Source of the DNA: Monocercomonoides exilis PA203
Taxonomy: Eukaryota; Protista; Preaxostyla
Length of the DNA: 64,000 nt
Reading direction: 5' to 3'
Assembly: GCA_001643675.2 (NCBI GenBank)
Contig: LSRY02000033.1
Span: 682,001-746,000, forward strand
A program made the position numbers and the translations under genes. Below, in pieces: positions 58,801 to 64,000 of the stretch (within the stretch, counting starts at the first letter, position 1; each line of letters begins with the position of its first letter). The notes below the pieces were generated by a model that made no database searches, was not told the DNA's origin, and worked only from the letters and a program-made list of their open reading frames with translations.

Positions 58801-61800
58801 GACATCCATCAGCACACTCTGCAGCATCTTCTGCATCAGCTTCATCCTTCTCTTCCTCATCTCCATCTTCTTCCTCTTCCTCCTCCTCTTCTTCTTCCTC
58901 TCAGCTTGCCCGCAAAACAAGCAATGCATACCAACTGCAGTCGAATGTAATTCCAACGGAGCCAATGCTTGTATCAGGCATTCCAGATGGCATCCTGCCA
59001 ACAATTGAAAGGGAAGAGGAGGAAGAGAAGATGCGCAACGATGAAGAGATCGAGTTTCAGCGCGTTCAACAAGAAATGAGGAGGAAGATGAACAAAGCGA
59101 ACGAGCATGATAGACAATCGGATATGAATCTTCAAGAGAGAGAACAGAAAAATGACAAGCGAATAAAGCCCCAGCAGATTCAGATCGAAAATAAAGAAGA
59201 AGAAGAAGAAGATTACGAAGAAGTCAATACATCATCTGAAGAATCTTCCTCCTCTTCTTCTTCTTCAAAGTCGTCCTCACTTTATGCTGAGCTTTCATAC
59301 AGCGACAGGCAGACTGTCAAATACGGTGCTATTCCAAAAGCAGCCGACGATCCGAAGCGAGTCAAGTTCCGTTTTACGTCTTTTGTGGCTGTTGTTGTTG
59401 TAGCACACGAGGTGTTTCGCTGGATGACTATCATCATGACACTCCTGCTCTTCTTCCAGTTCACTAACACATCCCTCCTGCTCGTCTTCTGCCTCTTCTC
59501 CGTCTTCTTCCTCGTCGACCCAATCACAAAACCAGCCTCCAAAACAGACCAGCTGCACTCAGGTGGAGCAAGAGAGAGGAGAACATCTGTGTTTGTGATC
59601 ATTGTGCTGTGCATATACACTTTTGTCTGCTATTTCTTCCACCACCACCTCATCTTCTTCGATGTGCTGCACTTGAATGAATCAAAAAGACTAGTCACTC
59701 GTCTCATGTTCTGCCTGGGGATCACTTTTTCACCTCTGACATACACAGAGACCACTCATTTGGGTGTGCGTTGCTTCGACTTCCAGCTGGTGCTGCTGTT
59801 CTGCCACTTGGCACTGTACCAGCTGAATGCACTGGCGAATGACGAGATTAATGCAGAGTGGAAGTGCAGCTGTGCCGTCTGCTGCAAAGACGACTGGAGC
59901 GAAGAGGAGAAGGAGAGGCTGCTTGAAAGAAGGATGTTTGGACACTTGGCTGAAGGTAAAGGAAGCATCAACAGCATCAGTAGTATCACGGAGAAAGAGA
60001 ATGAAAACAAAAGCAGTGAAGTTTTAGGAGAAGATGGCAAGGATTCACAACAGGTAGCATCCTCAGTCTCATCAGATGCAAAAGGCAAGAACAGATTTCT
60101 GTGGATTGTGATGTCTGATGTTGAGATGTTCCCTTCACCGTTTCCTGCCTCTCTTCCGTCGCACAACCATCCCTACGATCTCTTCTATTCTCTTTTCCCT
60201 TCTCTCCATTCGTACTTCTCTGCCTGCATCTTCACCCTCATTCTCGTTCTGCGTGCTGCCCTTCCATTTGTCCTGTGTGTCTCCTTTGCCTACACTGAGA
60301 CCATGGGCATTCCATATCTGATCATCTTGTGGATTCTTCTGAAGCTTCCTTTTATTCCACACGGCTCTTCTGACACAAACACAATGGATGGCACAGGCTC
60401 AGAGAAGCAGTCTAAGTCTAATTCTTTGTATTCGACGAAAGTGAGACACATCTTGCACTTCATCGTCTGCGCATGGGCAGCCATTTCTCTCTTTGTGTCT
60501 GTTACACTCACCCTTATTTCCTATCTCTTTGCCACTGGAACATTCACAAAAGCCGACAACATCCATTTCCTGAATGTTCTGAATCTTCTGTGCAAGTTCA
60601 AGCTGTGTGATTTGGGGAGAAATCCGACCGCTGTTCTTCCTTCCAAGCGATGGAACATCGATCTCCACCACATGTCCCACTGTATTGCACTGTTAGCTGT
60701 GCTTTTATGTGAAAGAGGAGAGACAGCTTTCCGCATCCTTCTATCGCACGACGATAGAGTTCTGAACTTTGAGGAGCAGTTTTTGCGATCACTGGAACTG
60801 AAGAAGGCACTTAAGAAGATGAGGAAGGAGATGCACAGTGAGATCAGAGCACTCCGCTGGAAGAAAGCGAAAAAAGCAGATGCCAAAGAGGAAATGGCTT
60901 CTACTTCTGATTCAGCTTCAGCATCAGCTTCAGCTTCATCATCTTCTTCAACGACAACATCGGGTCAGACAGAAGGAGCAGCAACAGCCAGTCATTCGTC
61001 GTGTATCTACAGATCAGTTGAGTCTTTGGAGGCTAAGCTCGGATTTCGAAGTGCAACTGGGCAAAATCAAGTGTCATCAGAGGCAGCAGCAGGAGCAGGA
61101 ACATTCTCTTCTCGGCCGTCGATGTATGATGCGAATGTCTCCGCGCTGTGTGCGCAGAGTATGACCAAAGAAGAGCTGTTCCAAGGAGAGACACTCATTG
61201 ACTACTCGCTTCTTTCCAGAGGAATCACCGCATTCACGCCAGTCTATCGCTTCATGGCACACACAATTTCCCTCTTCGCTGTCGAAGCCAACGCAGCAGT
61301 GTTTTACTTGTGCTGCTTTAATTTCTCTGCTTTTTCTTTTGTCAATGCGGTTGTCTGCTTTGGCGTTTGCTTCCTTTCAATGCGGAAGTCAACAGTGTTC
61401 TATTCAAAGAGACGCATATTCTTCTCCATCTTAATCTTCTTCGTTCTTATACAGGTCGTCTGCTTCTTTGCATTTGCCTTTCTTTCCCACATCTTCGAAT
61501 ACACCTGCTCCGAAAGCAAGCAAGCCAACCACGATTCGATGTGCAATGCACGCGACACCTTAAACACCATCCTGCGCATTTGTGGAATGATCAACAAAGA
61601 GTCCCTCCTCTGCTTGAGCATCCCTCTGCCCTGTCTGATCTCCACTGCCTCGCTTCTCTTTGAGAGCAAACCCAAACAAGATGTGAAGAAGGTGAAAGTC
61701 GTCAACATTGGAAATGTCGATGGAGAGCTGCCTTCTCGGCGATCAAAGAACTACAAGAAAACAAAGCCAAAGAAGAAAGTTATTACACACGACGGATATC

Positions 61801-64000
61801 AGAAACAAGAAGTTGAAGCACAGCCTGCTGTGGCGGAAGGAGGCGTGGATGACTCACTGTCACTGCCGAAGAATTGGGAAACATCCACGCCAGCTCAGAT
61901 GGTGTCTATGAGAGGTGTGAATGAGCAGCAGTACTCATCAGCTCTGCACACAATTGAGCGCACGCAAAGAATGGGAGACGAAACAATCTATGATGAAGAC
62001 GATGATGAAGACGAAGCAATTCTGCTGGAGATCACAGCAGGCACTTTGAAGGCAGCGAGAACAAGAGCTGATCAGAGGCAGAAAACAGAAGGAGCAGGAC
62101 ACTTCAGCTCAGAATATCATTCAGTGGGGATATTTTCTCGTTGGTCACTGCCATCTGTGAAAGATTTCCTGCTGGATGTGACTGAAATGCGGATTGAAGA
62201 GAAGGAGAACGAAGGCAGCAAACAGCCAGAGGCAAGCCAGTCATCATTGAAAGACCCATCTTCTGGCGGAGAGCGCATCAGCCGTTCAACTATTGCTGTT
62301 GATGTTGCACAGCCAAATCCTGATCCAAAGCCAGCGTCGATTGGCTCCCTGACCGTTGACGAGTTTGAGAAGATGGGCATCCCAAGACTAAACGAGGGCT
62401 CTTTCTATGCAGCACGATTTTTCGTGCCGATTCTTGTGGTGATTGTTATGTCCTGTCAGAAGTTCGGTGTTTTGTTCTTTGCCGCCTTTGTTGTGTGCCT
62501 CGTATTCATCCAAATGGGCAACGAGCTTATTCTGCACCCAGCTCTCTGGGCTGCTCCTCTCCTTGTTGTTGTGCTTCTTTTCTTCTTCCCTCTCTTTATT
62601 GCTCCCTTGCTCGAGATCTTTTCTGCGCTGAAGTATCAACCAGGAATACTCAGCACCGCTCAAATCCTGGTTGTATTCTATCGTCTCGCTTTCAATTCTT
62701 CCTTCCGCCTTGATACAGCCACAAAGAAGATCACTCAGCTGTCAGAGATCCAGAGGGTGATTGTGATGAATCTGGCAAAGCACAAAGCTGTGCTCCACTT
62801 TCTTGCATTTTTCAGTGTGCTTCTGATGGCTCGTACAATTCATCGTGTGCCAGCAGTTTCGCTTCTGAGGAGGATTGTGGAAGAGCGAGAACTGCAGCTG
62901 AAAAGGAGGTATTCTGTGTTGGGAAGAGAGCGAACTAAGGTGCTGAAAAGAAGGAGCAAAGCAGATGCAGATGAGAAAAAGTACGATGTGATGGAGGATG
63001 CACTGTTTTTAAGGTCACAAAAGATGAACGGTTCAGCAAGCCAATCAACATTCTCTGCATCTTCTGCTCATTCAACACCTTCTTCAAGACCCTTAGCGAC
63101 AAATGCAGCGATTGGAACGTATTCTCCTAACAGCAATTACAACTTCAACGATACACTGAAGAGAGCAATTAGAGCATCACGGCGTCAAATCGAGGAAGAA
63201 GCACGCAAAAACGCGGAGATGAATAAGCTGCATGTTGCCGAAGTGGAACAAACATTCATTGAAAATGATTACACCATCCCGCCAAAGGAGTTTTTGCTGA
63301 CGAAGCCATGGAACAGCTTCAAGGCATCTGTTGCTAGAATGTTCTTTACAGGCAAAGAACAACGAGAAGACATGGTGTTCAGCGAAGAGGAGCTGAACAA
63401 TGCTCCACAATTCACAATCAAAGGAGATAAGATCACTGCTTCGCAATTTGGTGCTGCAAGCGGCTCAACAATGCAATTAACATCTTCAATGCGTGCTACA
63501 CCTGCTCCTCTTCTGTCTCCATCTCCATCTCCTTCTCCTTCTCCTTCTCCAACTTCAGATGATGGCTCTTCGAATTCAATGACTTTTCCAAAAATATCTA
63601 CAGTCATCGTTTGGATTGGAATGAAGAACATCTTTTGGGGTGTGTTGTCATTTCTGGAGAGTTATGTGGATTGGCTCATTCTTTTGACATGCATATGCTT
63701 CTTCTCTATGCTGGGTTATGCCTTTGCACCCTTCTTTATTGTTGCATTGAGCACAACATCATTCTTCTGCCTCACTCCATATCCATTTATGTGGCACTTC
63801 TCTGTGATTGCATTCGATGCAGGTGTTGTCATTTTGGGTGTAGTCCAACTGATTAATGGAGATGCTTTCAACCAGCTGTGGATGGTCCTTCCTCCGTTCA
63901 TTGCTTTGTTCCTGATCCACTTTGTGAAAGAAGCCAATGGTCTGTTCTATGTTTCTCCGATGCGAGCATTCTCACATGTGTATGGAGTTGACTTAAACAG
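55858..64000 (+). CDS. Piezo-like mechanosensitive channel (N-terminal ~2600 aa; truncated by window end)
   Basis: Spliced N-terminus MVPRLYAIISANWKVLFSMWLLLGSYSNFSALSFLDLL resembles Piezo N-termini (N-x-S-x-x-S-F-L-D-L). One frame from ~56413 to 64000 (checked at both ends and sampled internally) encodes repeated hydrophobic-helix clusters separated by charged/Ser loops. It is presumably absent from the ORF track because no stop falls within the window. Confidence 0.7.

Overview
This is AT-rich, intron-dense eukaryotic DNA read with the standard genetic code, with introns mostly GTTTG...AG. The gene style (Ser/Gln homopeptides, a giant beta-helix/TM/pseudokinase family) suggests an oxymonad such as Monocercomonoides; that assignment is inference. 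In order, the window holds: a casein kinase 1 with a ~1500-aa low-complexity tail; RUVBL1; a Rho/Rac GTPase whose switch-I Thr codon apparently needs a single-nucleotide exon; a hypothetical protein; a bacterial-type AlkD with an intron; a TA-flanked MITE; a small secreted Gly/Asn/Met-rich protein; and a Pro-rich/SPRY protein. Next is a ~19.5-kb tail-to-tail inverted duplication of a ~2700-aa surface receptor-pseudokinase, whose nearly identical copies differ sharply at one 94-bp beta-helix repeat module. After that come decayed sequence, a 172-bp-arm foldback element, a tandem-BRCT protein, a syntaxin-8-like SNARE, and a Piezo-like channel running off the window end. The two main leads are the 1-nt exon and the apparent module-swap diversification of the duplicated receptor. 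All alignments were done by eye.
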